Positions 8,363 to 17,531 of a stretch of 38,047 nt of DNA are shown here, piece after piece. The stretch comes from a virus (taxonomy: Duplodnaviria > Caudoviricetes): the IMG/VR virus record IMGVR_UViG_3300032243_000066, positions 1 through 38,047 of that record; one strand, given 5' to 3'. The notes below the pieces were generated by a model. That model was not told where the DNA came from. It saw only the letters and a list, made by a program, of their open reading frames with translations, and did not search any database. The stretch's first letter is position 1; each line of letters begins with the position of its first letter. Position numbers and translations under genes: made by a program.

Positions 8363-9712
8363 TTACATTATGTTTGCAATCTTGAACGCACGGTAGTAGT
8401 TGTTAGACAAACCAGTTAATGCGCCAGCGCCTTTTGAAGTGCCTTCTGCGAATGGGTTTGCAACAATGCCGTAACGAGTCTTGAAACCAATTTTTGGTTG
8501 GAATGTACCAGTATCAACTGCACGAACCATTTGTAAAGGAACATATGGGCAGTAGAAAATACCAGCGTCATAAGCGTTAGAACCCTTATAACCAACAACT
8601 GCAAACTCGGAAGTTTGGTTAACTGTTGCATATGGGTCAATGTACACTTTGATACGACCAAACATTGTACCAGCAAATGTATTGCCAGTATCGTCAACTG
8701 TTAAGTTAACTTGTGATTGTAAAGCAGAGTTGTAGTCTAACAAACCAGCCATCGCAAATGCAGATGCAACATCTGAAGAAACGATGATGATGTTACCTTT
8801 ACCTCTACGAGTTGTTTTAGCAATCGTATTGGCTTCTCTTTCGATTTGGAATGCCAAACCTTTAACTTTTTCTACCATCCAACGACCGTTAGAGTCTGTG
8901 TCTAAGTCGAATGTACCGGCAGTAGTTGTACCTACTTGAGCACCAGTCTTAGCAACAGAGTAGATTGTACGAACAACTTCACGGTTGATTTCAGCAAGAA
9001 TTTCAGCAGACAAGATGTTTGCTAATTCTGTTTCTGCATCTAAACCATGAACTGCTTTCAAGTCTTGAGCAAGTTCGATTGAGTATTCTGCCTTCAAAGC
9101 ACGGGTCTTTGCAGTAACAGTAACTTTCTCAATAGAGAATGCCATTTCTTGGAAGGTGTTAGAAGAGTCACCTAATGCTTCTGCAAGAGCAGTAGACATA
9201 CCGGCAACACCTGCACCGTTAGCAACGAAAGTGTTAGCAGCGGCAGAACCAACTGTCAACGCAGTTTGAGCGGTACCGAGACCACCGAAACCAGTGTTTG
9301 CTTCATTGTAGAAAGCTTCTGTACCTAATGCAGATGAGTAAGTAGAACGCATTGCAAAGATAAGTCCTGTAGGACCTGTCATTGGTTGCACACCGCAAAC
9401 ATCATAAGCGATAAGGTTAGGTAATGAACGGCGAACCAAACTGATTAAGATTGGATCAAAACCGGCAACTGGACCTGTTGATGTTGCGCCAGACGAAAAG
9501 CCTGTAGCACCACTTGAACCCAAACCAGCAGATGCTGAATTGGTTGGAACTGCTTCGTTCAAATAACCGCCGTTAGCTTTCATCATTTCTTGAGCTTGAT
9601 TCTCAAGAATAACTGCTGTAACAGCTTTACGATACGGGTCTTTGATTGGGGCTAGGTCTGGATGATCCAGTACACCTTCCCATTTTTTCTGTAGATTTTC
9701 GGACAAATACAT
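8363..9712 (-). CDS. gp23: gp23 major capsid protein
   Basis: GVQPMTGPTGLIFAMR, ELAQDLKAVHGLDAE and FQPKIGFKTRYG. Confidence 0.99.
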   Translation of the reverse strand: MYLSENLQKKWEGVLDHPDLAPIKDPYRKAVTAVILENQAQEMMKANGGYLNEAVPTNSASAGLGSSGATGFSSGATSTGPVAGFDPILISLVRRSLPNLIAYDVCGVQPMTGPTGLIFAMRSTYSSALGTEAFYNEANTGFGGLGTAQTALTVGSAAANTFVANGAGVAGMSTALAEALGDSSNTFQEMAFSIEKVTVTAKTRALKAEYSIELAQDLKAVHGLDAETELANILSAEILAEINREVVRTIYSVAKTGAQVGTTTAGTFDLDTDSNGRWMVEKVKGLAFQIEREANTIAKTTRRGKGNIIIVSSDVASAFAMAGLLDYNSALQSQVNLTVDDTGNTFAGTMFGRIKVYIDPYATVNQTSEFAVVGYKGSNAYDAGIFYCPYVPLQMVRAVDTGTFQPKIGFKTRYGIVANPFAEGTSKGAGALTGLSNNYYRAFKIANIM

Positions 9713-9737
9713 GTGTTATCTCCTTGGGGTTTACTAA

Positions 9738-10844
9738 TTAAATTTTTGTTTTAGAAATGGCTTGAGAGACAGCAGCAACGAATGGGTCATTAATGACTTT
9801 CTTTGCCTCTTCTTCTTCAAACTCTTCGTGCAGTTGTGCTTCTGTTGCTTTCTTGGCATTAGAAGGGAAATAGTTCTCACGGATTGTTTCAAGTTTTTGT
9901 TTGTATTCGTCCTCTGTGGAGAATTCTACACTCTCTGCGAGTGATTTGATTTTTTCAACTTGAGTAGCGGTAAGACCTTCGCATACTTCACGGGTCATTT
10001 CTACTTTGCGTGATTCAACCAAAGATTTCTTTAGGTCAACTGCACGCTCGATTTCTTCATTGAGTTTGCTTTCTAGTTCTTCAACTTTACCAGCAAGTTC
10101 GTCAACGAGGTCGACTTTTTCTGCAGGCACATCAATATAATGTTCTGCAAATAGGTTACGCATACCTGAGATGAAGTCTTCTGTCAATTCTGAGCGGAGA
10201 CCAGATTCGATAGCGATTTCATTGTCTTTCATCCATTGTTCAACAACATATGAAAGGTAGTCATCTACTTTCTCTGTAAGGTCGGCACGAATAGACTCGA
10301 CTGCTTCTTCAAGCATACCAGCATATTCTGTTTCAATTTCTTCTTGAATTTGAGAAACACGGTCTTCAACACGAGCTTCAAAAATAGTAGAAACTTTAGA
10401 TTTGAATTCTTCTGAAATGGTAGAATCGTCTGAGAAAAGGGCATTAACATCCTCTTTCATCTTTTCTTTCATTTTCATTTTCTTCATCATTGCTTTATCT
10501 TCTGCTTCGTCATCATGCATTTTTTCAGCAATGATTTCTTCATCAGTTACTTCTTCTTCACCCATAGTCTTCTTACCACCACCCAATTTGAGTTGAGTAT
10601 CGGCAGAAGCAGATGAAGGCTTAGTCGTAGGTGCTACGGCTCTTTTTGCATTTTCAGGATCTATTTTGTAGTCCTTATATGGATCTTCACCGACACGGTC
10701 TTCACCTTGAGCCGGTTTATTAGTTGGTCCACCAAGTTCTGTATACTCAGAACCTTGTAGTTTTTGGCTTGGCATGCCCGGTGCTGATTTCTTGCTTCCT
10801 GCAAGAATGTCTGCTGCGGCTTCCATTAGTTTATTTGTTGCCAT
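9738..10844 (-). CDS. gp22: gp22 prohead core scaffold protein
   Basis: Acidic coiled coil with KVDDYLSYVVEQWM; located between gp21 and gp23. Confidence 0.93.
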   Translation of the reverse strand: MATNKLMEAAADILAGSKKSAPGMPSQKLQGSEYTELGGPTNKPAQGEDRVGEDPYKDYKIDPENAKRAVAPTTKPSSASADTQLKLGGGKKTMGEEEVTDEEIIAEKMHDDEAEDKAMMKKMKMKEKMKEDVNALFSDDSTISEEFKSKVSTIFEARVEDRVSQIQEEIETEYAGMLEEAVESIRADLTEKVDDYLSYVVEQWMKDNEIAIESGLRSELTEDFISGMRNLFAEHYIDVPAEKVDLVDELAGKVEELESKLNEEIERAVDLKKSLVESRKVEMTREVCEGLTATQVEKIKSLAESVEFSTEDEYKQKLETIRENYFPSNAKKATEAQLHEEFEEEEAKKVINDPFVAAVSQAISKTKI

Positions 10845-10866
10845 TAGGAATCTCCTTATGATTTCT

Positions 10867-10874
10867 TATTTATA
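10867..10874 (-). promoter_or_regulatory. T4 late promoter upstream of gp22
   Basis: Exact TATAAATA, followed by an AAGGAG SD. Confidence 0.8.
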
Positions 10875-10877
10875 AAA

Positions 10878-11528
10878 TTAAAGTTTTCTGAGGTAATTTT
10901 CAAACAATTTAAGAGCAACTTCTTCTATTTGTTTTGAAGATGCTTTCTGTATTTGTCTTTTTGCGTTGTCAAAGTCTGCTTCAACGAAGTGTCCTTCAAC
11001 AAACATCCATTCTTTATTTTCCATGATGCCGTTTACAAAGGCACCTGGAGCAGAAGGATCCGCTACAATGTCTGCCGCTGTTGCAAGTCTCAAATCATTT
11101 TGTACAAGGTTGTAACCTTCTTTAGTAGTAACAACAGAACCGAGAGCTCTAGAAGAGACTCCGATACTTACATCATTATCAATAAAGTTCTTAACAATTT
11201 GACCATATGGGGTTTCAAGAATTAATGCTTTTCCGTAGAAAGTATTACCGTCTTCTACAAGAGAAACAATTTTGTGTGACACTCTTTCTAAGTTAATGGA
11301 TGGAGTGTCTGGATGACCAAGTTCACCTAGTGCTCTATTGGTCTTAATATATTCTTCATTGTATCTAGCAACTTCATTTCTTAAAGTTGCCATTTCATAC
11401 ATACGATTGTTTTTGTTAATCTTATCACCGACTAAGAATGTTCCTTCAATAAACAAATTTTTCTTACCGTTCTCTGAAGCTTCGGTAAGATATTTTACAT
11501 TCTCTACGGTTTCTCTAATGAGTTTCAT
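10878..11528 (-). CDS. gp21: gp21 prohead protease
   Basis: ALGELGHP, GVSSRALGS and DIVADPSAPGAFV. Confidence 0.97.
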   Translation of the reverse strand: MKLIRETVENVKYLTEASENGKKNLFIEGTFLVGDKINKNNRMYEMATLRNEVARYNEEYIKTNRALGELGHPDTPSINLERVSHKIVSLVEDGNTFYGKALILETPYGQIVKNFIDNDVSIGVSSRALGSVVTTKEGYNLVQNDLRLATAADIVADPSAPGAFVNGIMENKEWMFVEGHFVEADFDNAKRQIQKASSKQIEEVALKLFENYLRKL

Positions 11529-11529
11529 A

Positions 11530-11880
11530 TTACATTCCTGTTAGTGGAGTTGTGTATGATGCTGTCTTAGTAACTTCCATCACAACTGAACCACCAGTGT
11601 TAATTGTAATAACAATAGGTTGAGTATTGTTATTAGCTACTGAATGATTTAATTCATCAAGCATCATTGTACCAGAATTGTGTAACATCAATACTGGCAC
11701 AGAGTTTCTAATAATTTGAATATTACCATTGGTTGACCAAGTTAATCTTCTAATGTTTGCCGCAGAAACAGTTTCGTTAGCATCAACCGCTAAGTTTGCT
11801 AAAGATACTGTTGTAGTTCCGGCATCAGCAACTCTAATAATAGATGCTGACCTTTGTGTGTTGGTTATTTCATATGGCAT
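11530..11880 (-). CDS. Hypothetical head-cluster protein (beta-rich)
   Basis: Tightly packed ORF between the prohead core genes and gp21. Confidence 0.75.
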   Translation of the reverse strand: MPYEITNTQRSASIIRVADAGTTTVSLANLAVDANETVSAANIRRLTWSTNGNIQIIRNSVPVLMLHNSGTMMLDELNHSVANNNTQPIVITINTGGSVVMEVTKTASYTTPLTGM

Positions 11881-11881
11881 A

Positions 11882-12322
11882 TTATTTTAGTCCTAATGAT
11901 GAGCGTCTTCTCATTGACATTTTTCTTTTCAATAGAGTTCGGCGCAATTTAGCTTTTCTAGTTGTCTTCCATGACCGTTTCAACAAACGAGCCTTTTTTA
12001 ATCTTACTGTTGCAGGTATTCTCTTTACAGTATTACCTGAAATTCTATATCCTTTAATGCCAGACTTTCGCACATTCTTCTGTACAACAATTCTGCCTTT
12101 AGCATTTCTTCTAATTCTACGGCGAATCTTATTGACTCTGCCCATCTTGATGATATTAGGATTACCCGCTTCATCAAGTTCCTCTACTTCTTCCAACATG
12201 TCTTCAGCAACATATCGTTTTGCTTCTTGTAATCTTTTGGAGACAATTTCATCCAAACGAGACCTTAAAATATTTTTTGCCTCATCTAATTTGTTTGATA
12301 AAATTAAATCAACAAATTTCAT
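11882..12322 (-). CDS. Prohead core protein, gp68-like (very basic C-terminus, gp67-like N-terminal helix)
   Basis: Located between gp20 and gp21; Lys/Arg-rich tail ending RKMSMRRRSSLGL; LEE/LDE candidate gp21 cleavage sites. Confidence 0.65.
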   Translation of the reverse strand: MKFVDLILSNKLDEAKNILRSRLDEIVSKRLQEAKRYVAEDMLEEVEELDEAGNPNIIKMGRVNKIRRRIRRNAKGRIVVQKNVRKSGIKGYRISGNTVKRIPATVRLKKARLLKRSWKTTRKAKLRRTLLKRKMSMRRRSSLGLK

Positions 12323-13020
12323 TTTGCACGCTTGAAAGCAAAATCTGAAGCTTTCATAAAATGTTCTGGTGACTTATGCACCATATCAGCAAATTTTTTC
12401 TTATTGTCATCATTCAAAGCATTATGCACTTGAGTGATTGCTGATGCGGTAAAATGGTCAACTTTACGAGTATGACCAGAAGCAAACTTAACTGGTTTTG
12501 CTTGTTTATCATTCACTATCTTATGTAGTGTGTCCATTACCGCTTCATCTAATTCTGTTTCTTCTGCCTGAATAGCTGCATCAACACCTGGACCATACGG
12601 TACCGAAAAGTATTTATCTAATTGCTTATTATGATATAATGCAACTTTAGTACCATCAGGATAAATTCTAATTGCTTTTCTTTTTAACAATAGTATGTAT
12701 GGTGTATCTTTAGTATCACCAGACTCATTCAAACTTTCCGCTTCAATTGCATCAACATCTTCTTTAACAGCTCTTCTTGCTTGTGTAAAAATTTGTTTAT
12801 TGTTAGAAATCAAATCTACCATTTTGTTGAACATGTTTTGAAGAATCATTCTGTCTGCGTTATTAAACACAGGTTTTTCTTCTTGCATTTTGTCGAGAAT
12901 TTTGTGGATTCGTTGTATCTGTGCCTTATTAGCAAGACCGGCTCGAACCAACATGTCAAACTTTGAATAGTCTGACTTCTCTTCTTCAACGATAGTTTTA
13001 AAATCTAATAATGATTTCAT
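12319..13020 (-). CDS. Hypothetical prohead or internal protein
   Basis: In the head operon; modules separated by acidic LNE/LDE linkers. Confidence 0.75.
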   Translation of the reverse strand: MKSLLDFKTIVEEEKSDYSKFDMLVRAGLANKAQIQRIHKILDKMQEEKPVFNNADRMILQNMFNKMVDLISNNKQIFTQARRAVKEDVDAIEAESLNESGDTKDTPYILLLKRKAIRIYPDGTKVALYHNKQLDKYFSVPYGPGVDAAIQAEETELDEAVMDTLHKIVNDKQAKPVKFASGHTRKVDHFTASAITQVHNALNDDNKKKFADMVHKSPEHFMKASDFAFKRAK

Positions 13021-13452
13021 TTACTTTGCAGGTACTTTAGATGGTAAAACAGATTTAGAACCACCAAGTTTTGCTATGGCTCTTTTATTACCTTCGTATC
13101 TACTATCTTCTTTATCTTGTTCTGTTCTGCCAAGACTACGAGCCTTGTCTGACATTTGATTAGCAGGACCGGCAGAATCACCGTGAATTCGAGGATCATT
13201 TTCTTTTTTGCTGCCTTTTAAATAACCTCTTACTGTTGCCTTTGACAACTCATCAAGTTGGTCATATTCTTCTTGTGATAGTTCAAGTTCTTCTTCTTGC
13301 ACTTCTGAACCATTAAAAATGTTTCTAGCAATTTCAATTTTTTTAGCATCTAACGATTCAAATGCTCTAGTAGAAAGCATATCGTTTAAAATATCTTTGG
13401 CACCAGATGCATTACCCGATGTTAATTCTTCAATAAATTGTGATGTTTGCAT
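13021..13452 (-). CDS. Prohead core protein, gp67-like, with C-terminal extension
   Basis: Directly after gp20; N-terminal helix resembles that of 11882-12322; acidic linker followed by LDELSK. Confidence 0.6.
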   Translation of the reverse strand: MQTSQFIEELTSGNASGAKDILNDMLSTRAFESLDAKKIEIARNIFNGSEVQEEELELSQEEYDQLDELSKATVRGYLKGSKKENDPRIHGDSAGPANQMSDKARSLGRTEQDKEDSRYEGNKRAIAKLGGSKSVLPSKVPAK

Positions 13453-13472
13453 GATTGTTCCTTTTATTAAAA

Positions 13473-15146
13473 TTATCTCTTATTTAGTCCAGATGAATAC
13501 TTCTCTACTTGTTTATCTAACATCGGTGTTAACGACTCCGTGGAGTCTGCTTCCTGAGTGTTGTCTTCGGCAGGGTATTGTTCTGCTGTTGCTTCAGGTT
13601 CTTGTTGTCCTTGTCCTTGGGCATCGGGCGGGACAGTAGGACCGCCAATTCCTTTGTCTTCTTCATCTTTCATCTCCTCATCCATTTTTTCAATTTCTTC
13701 TTCAGTAAATTGAAGTATATTTTGTTTGACCCAATTCAACGAATAGTATTTGCCAATATATGGGTCAACTAATTGCAAAACTCCCATTCTCTCTTTCAAC
13801 AATTCTGCTTCACGCATTTCGGTGAAGTTATTGTCTTTCTTAAATTCGTAGTAAATATCTTCTTTAAAATCATCCCATTCTTCAACAGAACAGATGCCTT
13901 TTAAAGATAACTGTGTTCTTAACGCATAGTCAAATATTTGTGAAAACTTATTGCGAAGTCTTGCAACAAATTTAGCAAACTTAACTTCATCTCTGGTGAC
14001 TTCAGTTGTTCTACCAAGACCAATCATACCACCCTGTTGTGGTTCTAAACGACTGATAGGAACATTTAATGCATTTAATAGTTTCTGTCTAAAGTAAACC
14101 ACATCAGCTAATTCACCAAGATTTTGTCCTGCAGCCAATGTTGTAATCTCTGTACCTTTACCACCCTCACGGCGTGGCAACCAGAAGTCTTCTAACATCG
14201 ACATATGTTTACGGTCATCACGGACTTCACCAGTCGCAGCATCGTAAACAATTTTGTTCTTATACTTAATCATCACATCACGAAGATACTGTTCGGCTTT
14301 ACCTTTTGGTAAATTACCCACATCGATATAGAACACTCTTCTTTCTGGCGCTCTTGAGACACGGTAAATAACAACCGCATCTTCAATCATTCTCAACTGA
14401 TTAAGTGGCTTAATCGCTTTGTGTATATAAGATATGACAAATGTATTTTTTGCATCCATCAAACCTGAATTGACATTCAAAATGGACTCAGGTGCAATTC
14501 TTAAACCAGCGTTTACAGAACTGGTATATGATTGTGTTACTGTGCCTCTATCATTATATACATAATATTCAGCAAGAGATGTGATAATTAACGCACCAGT
14601 TTTTGGGTCTGCGCCTTTTTTAATTTCTCTTACTTTACGAATCTTCCGAGGGTCAATATATCTTAACTCTTGGATACCTTCTTTTGGTTTTGATTCATCA
14701 ACAACAATGTGATAATAAATTCTACCATCAATGTACCATCTTTTAAACAAGTCATCTGCTAAATTACTGAAGTTTAATAGTTTAAGAATGTTCTCAAACT
14801 CTTCTGCAATTTTCTTTTTGATGGTATCTGGTTGTTTTAATTTATCAAGAACTATGTCTAGAGTTCTACCAGATTCATCGTGTGTTATTGCCTCATTGAC
14901 AATATCATCAATAGCCATCTCCAACTCAGGATGATTTGCCATTTCACGATATCTAGAAACGAGTTCTATTTCATTGCGAACAGAACCTTCTAAATCAACA
15001 TATGTTCCATAGTGAGCGTTTTGAGTAATGGTAACTGCACCATCATCCATTGCTTCTGTTGGAAGTGCGAAAGATGGTTGCTCAGGATTTTGTTTCTGAA
15101 CAACATCATTTCTACCTAAGGTAAAACCGAAAAGTTTAATAGCCAT
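13473..15146 (-). CDS. gp20: gp20 portal protein
   Basis: RAPERRVFYIDVGNLPK and EDFWLPRREGGKGTEI. Confidence 0.99.
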   Translation of the reverse strand: MAIKLFGFTLGRNDVVQKQNPEQPSFALPTEAMDDGAVTITQNAHYGTYVDLEGSVRNEIELVSRYREMANHPELEMAIDDIVNEAITHDESGRTLDIVLDKLKQPDTIKKKIAEEFENILKLLNFSNLADDLFKRWYIDGRIYYHIVVDESKPKEGIQELRYIDPRKIRKVREIKKGADPKTGALIITSLAEYYVYNDRGTVTQSYTSSVNAGLRIAPESILNVNSGLMDAKNTFVISYIHKAIKPLNQLRMIEDAVVIYRVSRAPERRVFYIDVGNLPKGKAEQYLRDVMIKYKNKIVYDAATGEVRDDRKHMSMLEDFWLPRREGGKGTEITTLAAGQNLGELADVVYFRQKLLNALNVPISRLEPQQGGMIGLGRTTEVTRDEVKFAKFVARLRNKFSQIFDYALRTQLSLKGICSVEEWDDFKEDIYYEFKKDNNFTEMREAELLKERMGVLQLVDPYIGKYYSLNWVKQNILQFTEEEIEKMDEEMKDEEDKGIGGPTVPPDAQGQGQQEPEATAEQYPAEDNTQEADSTESLTPMLDKQVEKYSSGLNKR

Positions 15147-15162
15147 TATTATATCATTCTAT

Positions 15163-15189
15163 AAAAGGAAAAGGACCGAAGTCCTTTTC
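15163..15189 (-). terminator. Intrinsic terminator after gp19
   Basis: GAAAAGGAC-TTCG-GTCCTTTTC, a cUUCGg tetraloop hairpin, followed by CTTTT. Confidence 0.85.
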
Positions 15190-15190
15190 G

Positions 15191-15736
15191 TTACAATACA
15201 CCAGTATCTACAGCGTCCCACCATTGATAGGTTAAGGTTACTGAAAATTCTTCAATAGTATCATTTGATCCCCAATCAACATCAATAGGGGTAATATCAG
15301 TTGGATAAACACCAACAAATCTATACTTCTTCAAAGTATTACCTTGTTTGCCAAATTGAGAAACTTCAGCATCAACTGAGTAACCCAATGGTGCAAGTGC
15401 AAGTGGATTGCGGACATTAAAGTTGTGACTGTTAATGCCATTCATCCATCTTTCAAATGCATTACGGACAATGAAGTCTTCATCGTTGATAACGCTGATT
15501 GTCCAATCTGCAAAGGTTCTATTTCCAACAAACTTTAATTCTCTGCCAAAGTAATTGACAGGAACAACACCTACTGTTGAACCTGGTAACTGAGCAGTCT
15601 TACACATAAATGTAAGTTTAGTTTGTGCATTTGCTGGGGAAGCAAATCCTGGGAAAGGCATAGAAACTTCAAAGAGATTGGGACGAGCACCGTCACCTGT
15701 CATTTGACTTCTAAATTCGTTTACGCTAAATGCCAT
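15191..15736 (-). CDS. gp19: gp19 tail tube protein
   Basis: GARPNLFEV, GNRTFADWTISVINDEDF and IEEFSVTLTYQWW. Confidence 0.98.
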   Translation of the reverse strand: MAFSVNEFRSQMTGDGARPNLFEVSMPFPGFASPANAQTKLTFMCKTAQLPGSTVGVVPVNYFGRELKFVGNRTFADWTISVINDEDFIVRNAFERWMNGINSHNFNVRNPLALAPLGYSVDAEVSQFGKQGNTLKKYRFVGVYPTDITPIDVDWGSNDTIEEFSVTLTYQWWDAVDTGVL

Positions 15737-15755
15737 TTTTATTCTCCTGTTCTCT

Positions 15756-15763
15756 TATTTATT
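15756..15763 (-). promoter_or_regulatory. Late promoter upstream of gp19
   Basis: AATAAATA overlapping the gp18 stop, with an AGGAG SD downstream. Confidence 0.6.
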
Positions 15764-17468
15764 GGAACTTCCCAACTACTTCTTCGAATGATACGCCAGT
15801 GCGTACTGCAACAAAGTTGAGTTGGATAAAGTTGATTGAACGAGCAGGTTTAATGTAAATGTCACCAACAAATTCATTACGGTCAATTACCTCTCCGGTG
15901 TTGTTTGTGTCATCACATACAACTCTGTAGTCAGTAATACCACGGCGACCTTGAACATCTCTTAAATATGGTTCAACTAGCGCAATGAATTGAGCTCTTG
16001 TAAATTGGTCATTAAACTCAAACATTGAGAATCTTGCTGCTCTAGCAATTGACTTCTCAAGCACAATGAACAGACGGCGCACATTGATTCTATCAAATGC
16101 ACTTGGTTTACTCAATAGTGTCTTATCGCCAAATAGAACTGTACCTTCGCCTTGGAAGTTTACAACAGGATTAATACCTTTAACATAGAGAGTATCTCTT
16201 TCTGTCTTAGTTGGATTCCAAGCAAGTTTTACAACATTGCGAATTTGACCACGATTCAATCCGCCTGGAGAGAACCAAGGATCTTTCTCAATATCTGTCT
16301 TAGCACATAGACCGGCAATGTCACCGTTTAATGGCACCCAACGATACACATCACTATATTTGTCGTATTGATATTTCCAATTGCAATCTAAGAAAGCATA
16401 AGATGAAGAACCAATACTTGCGGCTTGTGTTACACAGGCTGCAGCCTCAGAACCAGCATTATCAACAACATCCGACTTAGCAGGTGAGAAAAATACAATA
16501 ACATCTTTTCTTGTTTCTGCGAGAGAAATTAATGTAGAACTAATTGTGTTGGCACCTGGACCTGTGATAATCAAAGAAATGTCTGTTGATTCTGCACTGC
16601 TAAACAAATTGTAACCAGTGATATTATTAGCGGCAACAATAGTACCATCAGCACCTGCAGCGGTACCACCACCAAATGAAATTGTTGGTGCAGCAGCAAG
16701 TCTTGTGAAAGAAGTACCAGATGCAGTATTACCCCAAGTAGAAGATGCGTTTGAATATGTTGCACCACCGTTTGCAGTTGGATGACTCATCCAACGAATG
16801 TACTTAGATTTATTAGTTAAAACATTCTTGTAATAGTTTGTGTTACCACTATCATCTTTAGCATCAGATGCTTTAGACACAAATGCAAACTTTTCTAATA
16901 TTGTATTTGTAGTGCCTGTAAATTTGCCTTCTTCATCAACAACAACAATGTGAATTTCGTCATTCGCACCGCCTTGATTTGAAGTGTATGTAGAAGTTCC
17001 TGGAGTACCAGTAAAAGCACTAGCATATGCCCAACCACTATAAGTGTTAGCATCTGCCATAGAAACTTTTAATGTGTTACCGATTGCGCCAGCATATCGA
17101 GCAGCAAATTCACCATAAGTGTTTGCACCACTAGAGTAGTTGTCTAACCAGTCATCATCATTTTTAATTAATACTGAAGTTCCATTTGCGACTGCGTTTT
17201 TAGTAGCAGCACCAAATGAACGAACAACTTTGAGATTGTTTGAATACGCAAGAAAATTTGCAGCAGAGAACCAGTATTCATAATTATTAGAGTCTGGTTT
17301 GCCGAATTTTTCGACAAGCTTTGCCTCGTTTGAAATTGTAATAATTTCACCAACTGGACCCCATGCAAAAGGACCTGCAAATGCGCCAATTGATGTGGCG
17401 CCGGAAGGAATAACTGTAGTCAGGTCAACTTCTGATACATTTACTCCTGGTGATAGCTGAAATGCCAT
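15759..17468 (-). CDS. gp18: gp18 contractile tail sheath protein
   Basis: LSPGVNVSEVD, PWFSPGG, FDRINVRRLF and IKPARSINFIQLNF. Confidence 0.98.
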   Translation of the reverse strand: MAFQLSPGVNVSEVDLTTVIPSGATSIGAFAGPFAWGPVGEIITISNEAKLVEKFGKPDSNNYEYWFSAANFLAYSNNLKVVRSFGAATKNAVANGTSVLIKNDDDWLDNYSSGANTYGEFAARYAGAIGNTLKVSMADANTYSGWAYASAFTGTPGTSTYTSNQGGANDEIHIVVVDEEGKFTGTTNTILEKFAFVSKASDAKDDSGNTNYYKNVLTNKSKYIRWMSHPTANGGATYSNASSTWGNTASGTSFTRLAAAPTISFGGGTAAGADGTIVAANNITGYNLFSSAESTDISLIITGPGANTISSTLISLAETRKDVIVFFSPAKSDVVDNAGSEAAACVTQAASIGSSSYAFLDCNWKYQYDKYSDVYRWVPLNGDIAGLCAKTDIEKDPWFSPGGLNRGQIRNVVKLAWNPTKTERDTLYVKGINPVVNFQGEGTVLFGDKTLLSKPSAFDRINVRRLFIVLEKSIARAARFSMFEFNDQFTRAQFIALVEPYLRDVQGRRGITDYRVVCDDTNNTGEVIDRNEFVGDIYIKPARSINFIQLNFVAVRTGVSFEEVVGKFQ

Positions 17469-17515
17469 TGGATTTCTCCTTTAAAAGTATGGGTCAAATA
17501 TTCGAATTTATACTG

Positions 17516-17531
17516 TATTTAGTTATTTAGA
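17516..17531 (-). promoter_or_regulatory. Tandem late-promoter-like motifs upstream of gp18
   Basis: TCTAAATA immediately followed by ACTAAATA on the minus strand. Confidence 0.55.
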
